Of a DNA stretch of 64,000 nt, positions 27,811 to 40,620 are shown in pieces. The DNA lies in NCBI GenBank assembly GCA_030390025.1, contig CM059437.1:17112001-17176000 (forward strand), written 5' to 3'. The stretch is from Squalus acanthias. Taxonomy: Eukaryota. Position numbers and translations under genes: made by a program. Position 1 is the stretch's first letter, and each line of letters begins with the position of its first letter. The notes under the pieces were generated by a model that was given only the letters and a program-made list of their open reading frames with translations, was not told the origin of the DNA and ran no database searches.

Positions 27811-28111
27811 ATGATGACTATGACCGCGATGGCTGACGGTCTGTTAGCACCAGACTCATCCAAGTCGGCCTTTCTGGAGTTTGGACACCCAGCTCAGCAG
27901 TCATCCCCTGGCATGTCCCATGGACACTATCCGGTGCACGGCTTGCACTCCAGCGGACACTCTCAGCACGATGGCTCCTACTCCGGCGCCTCTTCCTATG
28001 GCAGATCACTGGGTTACCCGTACCCGAGCCCAGTTAGCAATCACGCACCTAATCCGTACATGCCCTACCAGAACAGCAGCACTTTGGGTCACACCAGGTT
28101 AGAGGACACAG
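27811..28111 (+). CDS. DLX4: Distal-less homeobox 4, coding exon 1
   Basis: MMTMTAMADGLLAPDSSKSAFLEFG...HYPVHGLH...RLEDT is a Dlx1/4/6-class N-terminus with the AFLEFG motif. Phase-1 donor G|GTAAGA at 28111/28112. Confidence 0.93.
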
Positions 28112-28777
28112 GTAAGAACGGCTCGGACACCAGTTCACGTTGTCAAATCGATCGGGTTACACCGTGGCTTCTCTCGCCTTTCTGCAACGGAGTCAAAGCC
28201 CTTGCAGAGTGCGGTGCCGAGATTGGAGCGGCCTGGCTGATGACATTATTTATATATTCATAAAAAAAAAGTATTTTAATTACGTGCTTTAAATAGACAA
28301 GCGCAATTAGGCAAATCTAATGCTGGAAAATCATGAGCTCGTACAGTATTCCGTCTCCTGCCAAAACGCCACAGTCATTGAGTGGCGCTACGGCGAAATA
28401 ATCCATTGTTTGCCGAGAGATCCACTTTGCTGGGAAATTAAACGACCTGACCGATTACATAAGTGGAGTGTTACAGTGAGCTAGCGGGGGAAAACGTTAC
28501 CGACTTGGAAAATATTAAAATTCGATCCATTTTATGTATATTTTTGTAGTAAGACCACATCGGAGTACAGAAAGAAAGCATTGAGTATTAGAGTCCAGTT
28601 GTTGCAAAGGATCAGCATTTCGGTTAAAACGTTACTCTCTCTCTCTCCGGTAATAATAATTACGCTCCCGTCTTTACTGGGATCGCAGTGAATATATTTT
28701 ATTGTGCAGGGGGCAGGGTGTCGTGATTTTTAGAATGTGATGTGCCTAAAACACAGTGTTTCCAATTTCCCTCCAAG

Positions 28778-28971
28778 AACACGAGAAATCGACTGTAATC
28801 GAGAATGGAGAAATCCGATTGAACGGGAAAGGGAAAAAGATCCGAAAGCCGAGGACCATCTACTCGAGTCTGCAGTTGCAAGCCCTGAATCATCGCTTCC
28901 AACAGACGCAGTATTTGGCACTGCCCGAGAGAGCAGAGCTGGCAGCCTCTCTCGGACTCACCCAGACACAG
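28778..28971 (+). CDS. DLX4: Distal-less homeobox 4, coding exon 2 (homeodomain N-part)
   Basis: Acceptor CTCCAAG|; (E)[64 protein letters not shown]; donor CAG|GTAGGG. Frame is consistent with exon 1. Confidence 0.95.
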
Positions 28972-29244
28972 GTAGGGAGCTGGCCACAACCGATTCTCCT
29001 CTCTTAGAGTCTGAGAGTCCACTTAAAAAAATGCAACCTCTTTGTTCTTGGGGGAACTCACACAGAGGCCGTTCTTGAAAAAGTGTGCAAATTTAACCCC
29101 GTTTGACAACCACAGGTCAGTTCTCAAACTCAAAAAAATTCCACACCGTAGCAGGTCTTTAGTAAAAGGCACGGAATTTGCATACCTCAAAGTATTCGCG
29201 ACGAACGAGGTACAAAAATTCCAGCAATAACCCTTCGAATTCTT

Positions 29245-29269
29245 AAATAACAACAGAAAACGCTGGAAA
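29245..29269 (-). mobile_element. 25-bp truncated insertion of a Penelope-derived short element with a 16-bp TSD
   Basis: AAATAACAACAGAAAACGCTGGAAA matches the ends of the copies at 54396 and 62439. It is flanked by AACCCTTCGAATTCTT at 29229-29244 and 29270-29285. Confidence 0.85.
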
Positions 29270-32076
29270 AACCCTTCGAATTCTTGTAGGGTTCAGTCGA
29301 GATCCCACCGCACTTAAAAGCTGTTAATATAATTCTGCATTCGACTGCAATGTTTATGTCCCTGCTCAGGTTTTGTTTTAATGACAGCGTGTGCTGTAAA
29401 GATGCAAGTAGACTGTGTTTGTACCGAAGCATTGTACCACTGCTCAACAAAATGGCAGAGGATAATTACAGGACTTCTGTGTAACGCCACTTTTAGAAGT
29501 TTTCTTGTGGGATGTTTCTAGTTAATCTGCTGAAGGGTGTGCGTTGGAAATTTGTATGTGATGCAGAAGCCCTTATTATATCCGTTAAATTACAAGAATT
29601 TGGGGGCAAAATAAATTGGTAATCGTTTACGCATCATCCATTTTTATAAAAGGTAACTTTAAAAAAAATGTGGTGCAGCTTAACAACCATTCTCCAGGAA
29701 ACTCAGTTGTATGTACTATGACTTGAAGATCAGAATTGAACAGCGCCTTTTCAATTCCTACGTAAGGGACTCAGGACAATTGTGTCATTTTCTAAAACTG
29801 CCATTTGCTCAGGGCAGTGGATTTTTTTTTAAATGCCAAATTTACCTCCTCCAAAATGGCCGCTAGTAATGAAAAGATAGCCCCCTTCCAATATTCCCCA
29901 TCTATTATATTTCAGAACTCCTGATAATGTGGTGCATGAAACAAATTCGTACTATAGCGCATAGGTAGACGGCGCATCGACTCCTCCACACAGTTGAAAT
30001 CATTACACTTTTCAACGCCGCACAGTGAACCAGTCCATTGTTGTCATGCACCCTTCACACTTGTAAAAACACAGTAAGCTCTCAATATGTAATTCAAATG
30101 TTTTGAAGTTTTCATAAGTTTATCAATTTTCTTTTCGTGCTATTGAATGACACTTTTTTTTAAAGTGTGCATAAAAAACCTCAAATTTCTAGAAAACTGG
30201 AAAATATAACTTGCTTCCCGTGAACAATTCACATGCAGCACAGCTCAAGCTATGTGTGCTTTCCTTTCCTAAGGCATTCTGCTGTTTTTGGTATTCCTGG
30301 CGCTTTCAGTTGAGTTCCTGTAAATCGCACATTAAAAATGTATTTCGCATGACTTGTCCATCATAGGATTTCAAGTTTGTACAGGCATTAATAGTTATCC
30401 AGAAAATCTGTTACTAAAGAAAAGAACCAGATTACGTGTGTATGGAAATCTCATATCTCACAGAGAGATAGCCTCTTAATTCGGAATATAATACATTTAG
30501 AATTGATCATGATTATCACCGTAGCGCCGTCCTGTCAAACGAATGATTTTCGTTTTAATTATGTAAATATTTATCCCAATTACAGCTGCCGAACATAAAT
30601 CCGTAAATATGAAATTAAACTAGTAAGAGCATTTTGTTTCATGTCTTAAAGATTCGGAAACAAAACATTGCAACAACGCGGGCTGTAAAATGCCTATATA
30701 GACCTTTATTCCAAACAATAGTTTGCTTGCATCTTCTAAAATAATAAACACTACAGTGTTTCAAATTCTTAGCAACTGTTCTGGCTGCAATTGGTCTTGT
30801 GTTATGCTAGAATGTATGTGTTGTATTGACAATAATTCGCCCCAATGGAACTTTAAGAAAGCAGCTAACACAGCCAGATCATGTGCTGGCGAACGCCACT
30901 TTGACATTGGCGTTGTGTCTGGTCTACAAATGTTCGCTACATAACCACCAGTTATTTCCACATCGAAACACGTTGAAGTCAATATGCTGAAAATAATAAC
31001 TTTATGCAGACGTGCAAATAGGCCCAAGGAAGGGACACGTTTTTAAAGAGAGAGGCGGTTTTAAAAGTTTGCTGCAGGTTCCACAGTCTAAATGGAAGTA
31101 CAGACTCCTTACAGAAACAAATGGCAGTTTTCTGTACAAGGGAGCGTGCTCAACAGATCAGTATAAAATAAACTATAACCATACTGCTGGCAAATACTGG
31201 GTGACATTTTCCCAATGTGCAATACTGATTCAACGCTGAGGGTCTTGCATGGTCCTGTTAGTATCTTCTTGTGCCACTGTCTTTTCGCGTAAAGTATTGG
31301 GCCGGGAAAGAAACTAAACAGCTGGTTATCTTTAGCAAGGAACCAAAGCTCCCTATAGTCATGTTCTATGTGAAACTATAGACTCTCGCATTTTAATGTC
31401 GATCTATAGGTCAATTAAAATCACTTGTGATTTTGCGCCAGTCTATAGCTTTTTACTACTACTGACCGGTTGAACGTGCACCACTTTATACCAAACTCCT
31501 TGTCATTTTTGCAAGGAATCTGTACTCTCATGTAGACTGTGGCATCTGATCCGACTTACAGCTTGCGTATAAAACCGCCTGTCTCTTATGTGTCCTCTCC
31601 TTGTGTTTTTTTTGCATGTCCATATTGAAACCTTTTTAAAACGCCATTATCCCATTCCTTTATTCATCCCACTCATTTTCTTTTCGAAGCTCCTAAATGT
31701 GATTGCAGTAATTATTTACTGACGGCCTGCTTTTCAAGAGCAGCCTGAATGTTCAGGCATCACTGGTTTGACAGGATCATTGGCAAAGGGCTGCGGTAGC
31801 TTGAAGCCTTTTCTATATTACACATCAGCCCTTCATAAACATTAACAACTGTGAATGTAGTTTGCTTTTACAAACATGATTTCAAATACATTGAAATCGA
31901 AAACGGGCGGCGTTTTGGCGGAATCACTTGTGAATGTAAACACATGGCTAATCCATTAAAAAAAAACAGTGGACTCTCTTGCATTCTATAAAGCCGTATG
32001 CGCCAAGTTATTCGAGTGTAGCGTTTCAACTTAACGGTGCAGCAAATGTGATGCGTTTGTTTTAATTTTATTTCAG

Positions 32077-32328
32077 GTGAAAATCTGGTTTCAGAACAAG
32101 CGCTCCAAGTACAAGAAGCTGATGAAACACGGATCCAGCGTGCAAGAAGGCGACCACCTGCCCACCTCCGCTGCTTTGTCCCCATGTTCGCCCAATATCC
32201 CACCAGTCTGGGACGTTACCATGGCAAATAAGGGCGCCACTATGCCACCGAACAGCTACATTAACAGTTTTGGGTCGTGGTACCCGCCGCCCCACCAGGA
32301 CAACATGCCAAGACCCCAGATGATGTGA
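32077..32328 (+). CDS. DLX4: Distal-less homeobox 4, coding exon 3
   Basis: Acceptor TTTCAG|; [19 protein letters not shown]...WDVTMANK...[23 protein letters not shown] and linkage to Dlx3 favour Dlx4 over Dlx6. Total 248 aa. Confidence 0.93.
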   Translation: MKIWFQNKRSKYKKLMKHGSSVQEGDHLPTSAALSPCSPNIPPVWDVTMANKGATMPPNSYINSFGSWYPPPHQDNMPRPQMM

Positions 32329-33003
32329 TTGACCAGGAGTACAATCTACCCCACAAACTTTTTATCATGTAAAACAAAAAAAAAATCAGTGTCCACATGA
32401 TTTGAAGTAGTCTTATGGACGAGAAAAGACGACTGGTTAGAGATAACAATGACTATATGCTTTCAGTCATATCTAAACAGGTTTGTTCTAGAAATACAAT
32501 GGGTATATAGAGTCAGACTCCTCTAATGAGCTTTGTATGATGTTTGGAATTCTATTGGAGAAGTTTGATGCATCTATAATCTACGTTGTGAATTGCAAAA
32601 AAAGGACTGATTTTATAGCTATTCTATTAAGCTCACTTTTAATGTTGTTTTAACAAAAGAAAAACGCATTTTTACTCCAGGATGCAGATCCTTCTTCGTT
32701 GGGTAAAATGCATAGGCTGTATTTCAAAGTGTTCACTGATAGGCCGTCCCAATCCCTTCTTAGGGCAAGTGCCGTATCAGCTTTCTTTGTGTATTTGTAT
32801 TTAATTACCGCAATTCCAGATTGAAGCATTGTGTAATTTACCGTATATAACTTCAGCCAGGCCGAGTTGTAAACATCTGTTTTAGTTGAGGAGCATCTGA
32901 CTGGAATATTCAGGGCTTTGTTTTTGAAAAGAACAATCTGTGTCAGTGTGGAGAGAACGCGATGAATTCAAACACCTACAACCACCAAGCTGCGTATAGG
33001 TGG

Positions 33004-33212
33004 AATAGAACAGAAAGAGCTGGAAATACTCAGCGGGTTCCCCAGCGTCTGTAAAGAGAAAAAAAGACAGACCAACGGGCTTTGATCCTTGATCAGAAAT
33101 TCCTAGAAGTTCTGAAAAAAAAGTCAATACCTCAAACATTAACCTGTCTTTTTACAGCTGCTAAGGGAAATGCTGTTTTTCCAGCGTTAAAAAAAATCAG
33201 ATTGCCAGCACT
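33004..33212. mobile_element. Old, decayed copy of the Penelope-derived inverted-repeat element
   Basis: AACAGAAAGAGCTGGAAATACTCAGCGGG... and GTTCTGAAAAAAAAGTC...AAACATTAACCTGTC...TTCCAGC resemble the arms of 62439-62780. Confidence 0.6.
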
Positions 33213-35539
33213 TTCATGTTTGTTCTGTATATAATTGAACTGTTTTTGGGGACAGTTGAAGGAAACTTTTAAAATTCACATTTCAATATAGGTCCATTAA
33301 AACAGCGCATGCAATTTGTATTGTTATTCTGCACAGTAGTTTCATCCAGGCCCGTCTGCCATGTTTAAATTCAAATGATTGCTGTTCAAGATTTTCAACC
33401 GTTGAAAATCACTAGAGGTGGAAAGGCTTTACACTGGGTCGTACCCGCCCGTTTTCCCCACAGGGAAATGATCGCCCCCACCACCCACTCCACTCCCCGT
33501 TCCCTGCAGACCCTCAAACATGAACAATGCAATTCGTGATGAGTGTGGTGTGTTATACAAGATGAACTGGACATGGCTCCCTTTTGAAATACAGCCTATG
33601 TAGAGAAATAAAAAAGGGATATGTTTAGCTCATCCAAGCAATATGAAGGCAAAAGGTGTCTTGGAGAACGAGAGAACACAGTACGTGTGTGTATATATTG
33701 TTAAATTAGTTGTAAATAGTGCATATGTATTATGTCTCATTATTCTAAGTAAAACAGTGATACGCGTTCAAAGCATCCTATCTACACCCAATTCGGAAAA
33801 ACATGGTTACTCAATTTAACAGTAAGTTTCTCAGGATAATAGAAGCCGGAGTGTGTTAGCATTTTTTTTTAAAGCAATGCCGACTTACTGTGGATTTAAC
33901 TGTAATTATGTGTAAAGGAAAGGCACGGCGTTTGCATGTAATTGATCAAACTATTCCATTCATTCCACATCCCTTCACAATTTCTCGCTTACATTTCCTT
34001 GGGGTCAAGCATAGACATGAAGCTTAATAGATTTCTTTTTAATATAAAATGTCTGCGGTCACGTTAGAAAGTGGAGGAAACGTGCCTTTTTTTTGCATGA
34101 CCACATATTAATTTGCCGAGAAGAACTGGTGCATTTTTTTTTGGAAATGTTGTTATTTGTCTTTATGATTAAAAAAAAAATACCCTGGACTTCTAAAAAT
34201 TCAGCTGTGGTTTCCAGTGTGGCAACCGAGGGCCTTACCTATGTATTTATCTCAAGTGACCTGGGGTTTCCGAGAGATTGGGAGAACGTTAGTTTAGTGA
34301 GATCAAGGGCTGGCTCGCAAATTTCCTTAGATTGTTGCTTCTCTTTTTAATGAAACGCAACAGCTGGCGAGATTAACATGATGCCGAGGCAGCTTTAAAA
34401 AAAAACATCTAAGACAAAAATACGTTTTCAGGGCGGGGGTGATTTATTTTCTACTTCACAATAAGCGTAAAAATGGCACATGATAAGATCCTAACGTGAA
34501 AATGAGACAAAAAAAAATTAAAGTCGGTACTTGTCACACGAGGAATAATTGCAGGTAATAACCTGTCTTTCCAATGTTCAGTGTATGTATTGTCTCTTGA
34601 AGCTTCCGGCATATGTACTTCACCCTAACCTACCTGTGGCCAATCGATTTTGTCACTGACGAACAGTGCCACATTATTTTTAACGCCCCGACATGTATAT
34701 TTAATTGCATTTGTTGACATTAATCCTTTCTCTTGCCTTTCATTCCCATTCATCCTGATCAGCCCTCCTACAGATGCACCTAGATGATGAAATTTATTTA
34801 GTTCTCCGCTTTTTACCACCCCCCCCCCCCCCCACCACCCGCCTTCCTTAAAATAATAAAATGGTGGGAACACTGTACATCGAATCAGCATTTTGTGTGC
34901 CTTTTACTATCTGCAATACGTCACTGGAGGCCCATCCTAGCGTCTGTGCTAATTGTGTTCCATGTAAACCATTCACTAATGGCAAATAACGCGTTTTATA
35001 GATCCGTGATTTAGATTTTGTTCGCCAACATGTTTCGAAACACATGCTATCGGATGTATTTCTTTACTGAATATTAATGAATAGCTGCAGTCAGCCTCTG
35101 GTCAGCCCAGTGAACATATAAATCCGTCCGACCAAAGGTGATTGATTAAGTTGTAATATGTGCTGATTGTCAGTCGGGACTAACGGCCTTTAAGCCTTTA
35201 GGCGTGGCAGAATGTGGTCGACGTTTTCTTAAAAAACATGGAAGCGAATAAATCTATATTCCCTGTTCAAAGGTCTGACAGATACACCTGTGTCTAACAT
35301 TCCCAATTAAGAAAGGTATTACTTACCACGTGTCTCTGATCGCCACTTGTCATGCCTCACAAACTACAACACGTATTGAAATCCATGGTTAGCTCTCCCA
35401 ATTTTTTGTCAAAGTCAGTCTACAAGACAAGATAGTGGTGTTTACAGATTTTAATGCATAAAAGCTGGCATGTCAAGCCTCCCCCCGTAACATCTGCACT
35501 GGAAACCGTGTGCAAAGCCCACTTCTCTGCTATTTTAAG

Positions 35540-35790
35540 ATTTTTTTATGCTTGTGTGAAAGGGACTGTAATTAGAGCAATTTTGACTGTAGCTCCCTGA
35601 ATAAAGCGCTTTCCATCAAGATAATTACCAGCAATTTTCAGCCGCCTAAATGCACTGCTTAATATGTAACAATTCCGAGTGGAAAAAAAACGCGAAATCA
35701 GGCAGATGCACCGGCTGCAGTTTTGCTGCACAGATTTGAGTTGTTATTACCTAAATTACTTGCAGGTGTATATTGTAATCAGCAAAATAC
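35540..35790. promoter_or_regulatory. Candidate Dlx3/4 intergenic enhancer
   Basis: Non-repetitive block with multiple TAATT homeodomain sites (CTGTAATTAG, GATAATTACC, TAAATTAC) in the convergent intergenic region where Dlx enhancers are known to lie. Confidence 0.55.
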
Positions 35791-38700
35791 TGATAAAAGG
35801 AAAAGAAACATGCTTTGGATCGATGTAAAAAGCAAACCAGGAAATCTGCATTACAAAGGTATTTGATGATACGACAGTATTACTAAACGGAATATACAAT
35901 TGTCTGTTTCTTTAGTAATAGGCAGTTTCTGTAACTATGGACAACCTATTGAAGACAATTGAATAGAAAACGGCTGAATATTTCACTGAAATGTTATTAA
36001 CTCCTCACTTTCTTTACCTTGTAGGGAAAAAGCGAAGGTTTTTTCCCCCCAGTAAATGGTAGAAAGGTAAAATGAAGCCAATAACATTGGATCTCAAACG
36101 ATGGCCGAGATACAACATACTTAGTGACCCCCAAGAGAAAAATGCGATTTGATCATCACTATTCTGGTTTCCAACAAGTTTTTGTGGAAGTGTATCTCCT
36201 TTTGCCATTTCACTTAAAATGCCACCTGATATACCCCTTCTCCTTTAAGTTTATTATGACACATTTAGTCTTAAAATGCTTTAAATCTTATACTTCCCCC
36301 TCTTAAACGTTAGCATATATTTTCAAGTGACCTGCCTGTTGAGTTCAGTTTAGTCTACACATTTACAGCATCGGGCCTGTAAGTAATTTTCATGTACTAG
36401 AATAGTCAGCAAATAATCTATCAGCAAACCTGCCTGACAAAAGAGTGGGCAAATCATCATGCTCGTGCACTCGGTATGCCTTTAGGGTAATGGGGGGATA
36501 GAACACACAAGAAAGTCATAAGTGGGTGTGGAATTTTTTTTTTTAAACTTGCATCTTGGCTGATGTAATCGAGGTAGCTTATTAATTTTTCCACTGACCC
36601 CCGCGCACAGCACTTAATGTCATTTGAACAATGAGTCGATATTCCTGTCCGTAGTTTGCAGAAAACTATGCCAGGCGCGCCCTAACAGATCGCCCATCGA
36701 TACAGAAAACATGTATCACTAATAAAGATCACTTAGGCCGAATCAGATTGCCAAACGTTAAGAAAAGAACGCCTTCAAGGCAAAAAAAAACCATACCACA
36801 TACAACCACAGGGGTGAGCAGAACGCGCATTCGTCTCACAGACCGAAACTTAACATGTCGCTTTGCAATATTGCTGGACATCCCAGCCTTTCTCTCTCCC
36901 ATTAACTAAGGCATTCAATATATAGGACAATTATATTTCTTAACTCTACTGGAGAAAAATATCTGATTCAGAGAATACGAGAAGCATAAGCGAAGGGTAT
37001 GGCTTACCTGCTGTGGCTGGTATTTACTCACAAATTATTTTGCAGCCTGCAAAGAAAGGCAATTTGTCAGCCTTTATTTTTTTCCTCTCCCCTGAAATAC
37101 ATGCAGTAAAAGTGTAGGAAATGGAGCTAACAACGCCGGTGCTGCTAGCTCTGGTTAAAGCTCCAAGTGTGAATTAATTCCGCTATCAACGTCCTCTTTA
37201 TATTCTCAGCTCAATTAGCCTTTATTACTGGCCATGTTTACTCATCGAGAGATGGGATAAAATGTGTTGAATAGAGAAATTGCTCATCTTTGCAAATTAT
37301 AGGTAATTTTAAAGCTTGAGATTATAATAATAGCAGTCCAATCTGGACAGCCTACGTATAGTCTTCCAAACAGCATAATTACTGGAAAGGTTTAGGAACT
37401 CCAGAGAACTGAATTCATTATTTACTCTTCTCTTTGACGAACTTGGGGCTGTTTGATGAATACAAATCGTACAGATATAATTACAGTTCGGATTATTTTT
37501 TTTTATTATTATTATGAGCCTCTGGGACACATTCTCCAGTAAATCTAAGAAGGATACTGCTTGTCCACAGTGAGGAGCCGAGATCAGACTGTGCTTTTTT
37601 CCCCCCCTTTTCTCATTTACAGATGTGTGTGAGTGTAGAGAGGTTGGGAAAGTGGCCCTTTAAGGTGAGGTGAGGGATCTTACCATGGACATAGTTGAAA
37701 TACTTTCCATTGTAATCGTTAAGAAAAAGTTTTTAAGGTCAGACTGGGCTCCTACAATGTAAATTAAATTCTGCTGTTCGCTTTGATGTCTAACGATCGG
37801 GATCTTGAAACGCTGTAAATAAAATTCTAATCCGCATCCCCGGATTTCAGTATGTTTCCGGTTTTTAAACGGGCGAAAGTTTGCTTGCAGCCTCGGGAGA
37901 GAGACACCAGCCCTACAGCTCCCGACCCGAATGGTACAGTATGTTCAATTGTCAAGACTGTTGGAAGCGTATTCCTTTTAACCCTCGGCAGACTGCAGCG
38001 GGCTGCTCTGCACAGCATCCTGCCATAATGTACACGATTCTGAGTGGTTCCATTTCACTGAAGCACCCTACGGTACTGCAGGGACGTCAGTCATAACTGT
38101 TATAGTTCCCATGTAGTGGAATGTAATTGACTGCAACTGATGCCCTTCAGTCCGCAAAGGGTTACACGGAAAGATTGCTTTTAGGGACGCTCTTACAGCC
38201 TAAATGTTATGTAATGATTTCAAAATGCTGTGATGTGCCGCATATTTCTTATTTAATATACACATGTATTGCCAAAAATTCGATACACTGGTCGTTTCCT
38301 TTCGATTCCTCTGGTACAAAAAATGATCTTACCGTTGTGTAGTACTTCGTGCAATATTTGAAGACATGGACTCTTTGCAACAATGAATCTGGAGCCTGAA
38401 CCCAATTTCTAATTACCACCACCCCCCCACCCCCCAACCCGCCCCACCACCACCCAGTTTCACTTTCTTTCTGTCAATGGGCGGGCTATTTTTAAATCAC
38501 AGCTTTAACCTAAGTATGTACGAGCTGCTCTTTGTATTGCAAAGCGTCTTTTTTTTTAAAAAAAGCATTATCTTTGCTATCCTTACTGAAACGATTGCAG
38601 TCCACTGCTCCCTCTACCTGTGTCACGTAACATATACCAGGATGCAGAAAGCTGGCCTCCACTTTGATTTTTTTTCCAGTCACTTTTTTAAACGATTTTT

Positions 38701-39869
38701 TCCCCTTTCATACTCGACTCCATCAACTACACCCACGAAACACCGTGTACAATTAAATAAAACCTCAGCCCACGCTATCAAGTACTGTGTATGTACATAC
38801 CGGTCCGCGTCTGTAATTTGCAATATATTCCATATTCAACATCTTTGTGTCTATTTCGATACTATACAGACGCAGAATCTTAAGTTAACCACTTTATAAA
38901 TGGGTTAGAGATTGTTCATTTTTTATACATCTTTTCCATTGCGAAATTCTAAGTAAAAGAAACCACAATTGTCCCACGGCAAAATAGCGAATAAAAATGA
39001 GCAGGTTGTAACCAGTTCACCTGTAGAGATAAGTCGGGTCTCTTCGCTGCATTTAACTACAAATGTTAAGTGCTCATAATGTCGAGGCAGGGCTGGATTG
39101 TTCTTTGGTTTTGTGCCTGGAATACGAGCCTGATCTTACAAACTGGGAATCAAGTTTATAGAATCCACAGAAATTACTTTATAGAACTCGAGCTGAATTT
39201 ATAAAGCAACAGCTCTTTTGTTGTTGTCTGGGTGCAAACTTGGTATTCGAGGTATATTACCTAGTAATTAGGTATTAATTACTAATTGTTTTATATATAT
39301 AATATAAGTTATACAGTAAAGTGTAAGTGAGATTAATAATGCAAATCACTCCACAGCTTGGCCGCAGTGTCAGTCTATGCAATCCCTTTGGGTTAACTTT
39401 GTATGAACTGCAATCCCGAGGAAGTACAAGCGATTAAAACAGAAGAAATATGATGCCATTGTTCTGCTGGTTTCTCCAGGCAAAAACTCCATTAAAATGT
39501 TGTACATTTCCACATAGACCGTGTCTTAAAGATGGCTTATTTTACGATTATAAGAATGAAATATCCCGAATTCGTGCTGTTTTTGCAGATTGTCGACGCG
39601 ATTACGATGCTTTTGACTCAAAATTGGACATTTGTTAACATTGCAATCTCCCTGAGATGATATTTGCTCTCGTAGTTAGGAAAATCAAATGATTGTGTCA
39701 CCAATCAGCCATAAATGTATCGTTCGACTTCTCCCTGCACATTGCATATACACAGACATACATATATCTGCACATATCTACATGAGCAGTTTATCAATGG
39801 AAGTAGCGCAATTGTTCATTGATATGATACGATCATAACATTATAGTAATGTATTCGAACAATTACATT

Positions 39870-39990
39870 ACAACAATTACAACAGTGACTACACTTAAAA
39901 TAAAGTACGTCATTGGCTGTAAAGCACTTTGACACGTCAGATGGTCGTGAAAGGTGCTATATAAATGTAATGTATAAATATATTTTTTTC
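39870..39990 (+). mobile_element. Deu-domain SINE 3' fragment
   Basis: TTACAACAGTGACTACACTT...CATTGGCTGTAAAGCACTTTGACACGTC...GTGAAAGGTGCTATATAAATG. Confidence 0.8.
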
Positions 39991-40122
39991 TTTTAATGCA
40001 TGCACCGTATACGGGACTGGAAAATTTGTGTGCACGAGGGAAAGCTGAACATACATAACTCATCGCTAAGACTACAGTGTAGTGACTGGGATATCACAAC
40101 AATATGTAATGTGATCAGCAAT

Positions 40123-40620
40123 AATCATAGAATCATAGATAATCATAGAATCATAGAATGGTTACAGCACGGAAGAAGGCCATTTGGCCCGTTGAGCCCT
40201 TGCCGGCTCTCTGCAAGAGCACTTCAGCTAGTCCCACTCCCCCCGCCCCCCCCCCCCTTTCCCTGTAGCCCTGCAATTATTTTTCCTTCAGGTACTTATC
40301 CAATTCCCTTTTGAAAGCCGTGATTGAGTCTGCCTCCACCACCCTTTCAAGCAGTGCATTCCAGATCCTAACCACTGGCTCTGTAAAAAAAAAAAGTTTT
40401 TTCTTGCGTTGCCTTGGGTTCTTTTGCCAATCACCTTAAATCTGTGTACTTCGGTTCAGGACCCTTCTGCCAATGGGAACAGTTTCTCTCTATCTACTGT
40501 GTCTAGACCCCTCATGATTTTGAACACCTCTATCAAATCTCCTCTCAACATTCTCTGCTCCAAGGAGAACAACCCCAGCTTCTCCAGTCTATCCACATAA
40601 CTGAAGTCCCTCATCCCTGG
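40123..40620 (-). mobile_element. 5'-truncated CR1 LINE (RT C-terminus, 3' UTR and microsatellite tail)
   Basis: PGMRDFSYVDRLEKLGLFSLEQRMLRGDLIEVFKIMRGLD, with a (ATTCTATG)n tail at 40123-40160. Confidence 0.92.

Noticed and set aside
27811-28263. 150-aa single-exon ORF
   Set aside because: Read-through of Dlx4 exon 1 into intron 1. Homology ends at the GTAAG donor at 28112.
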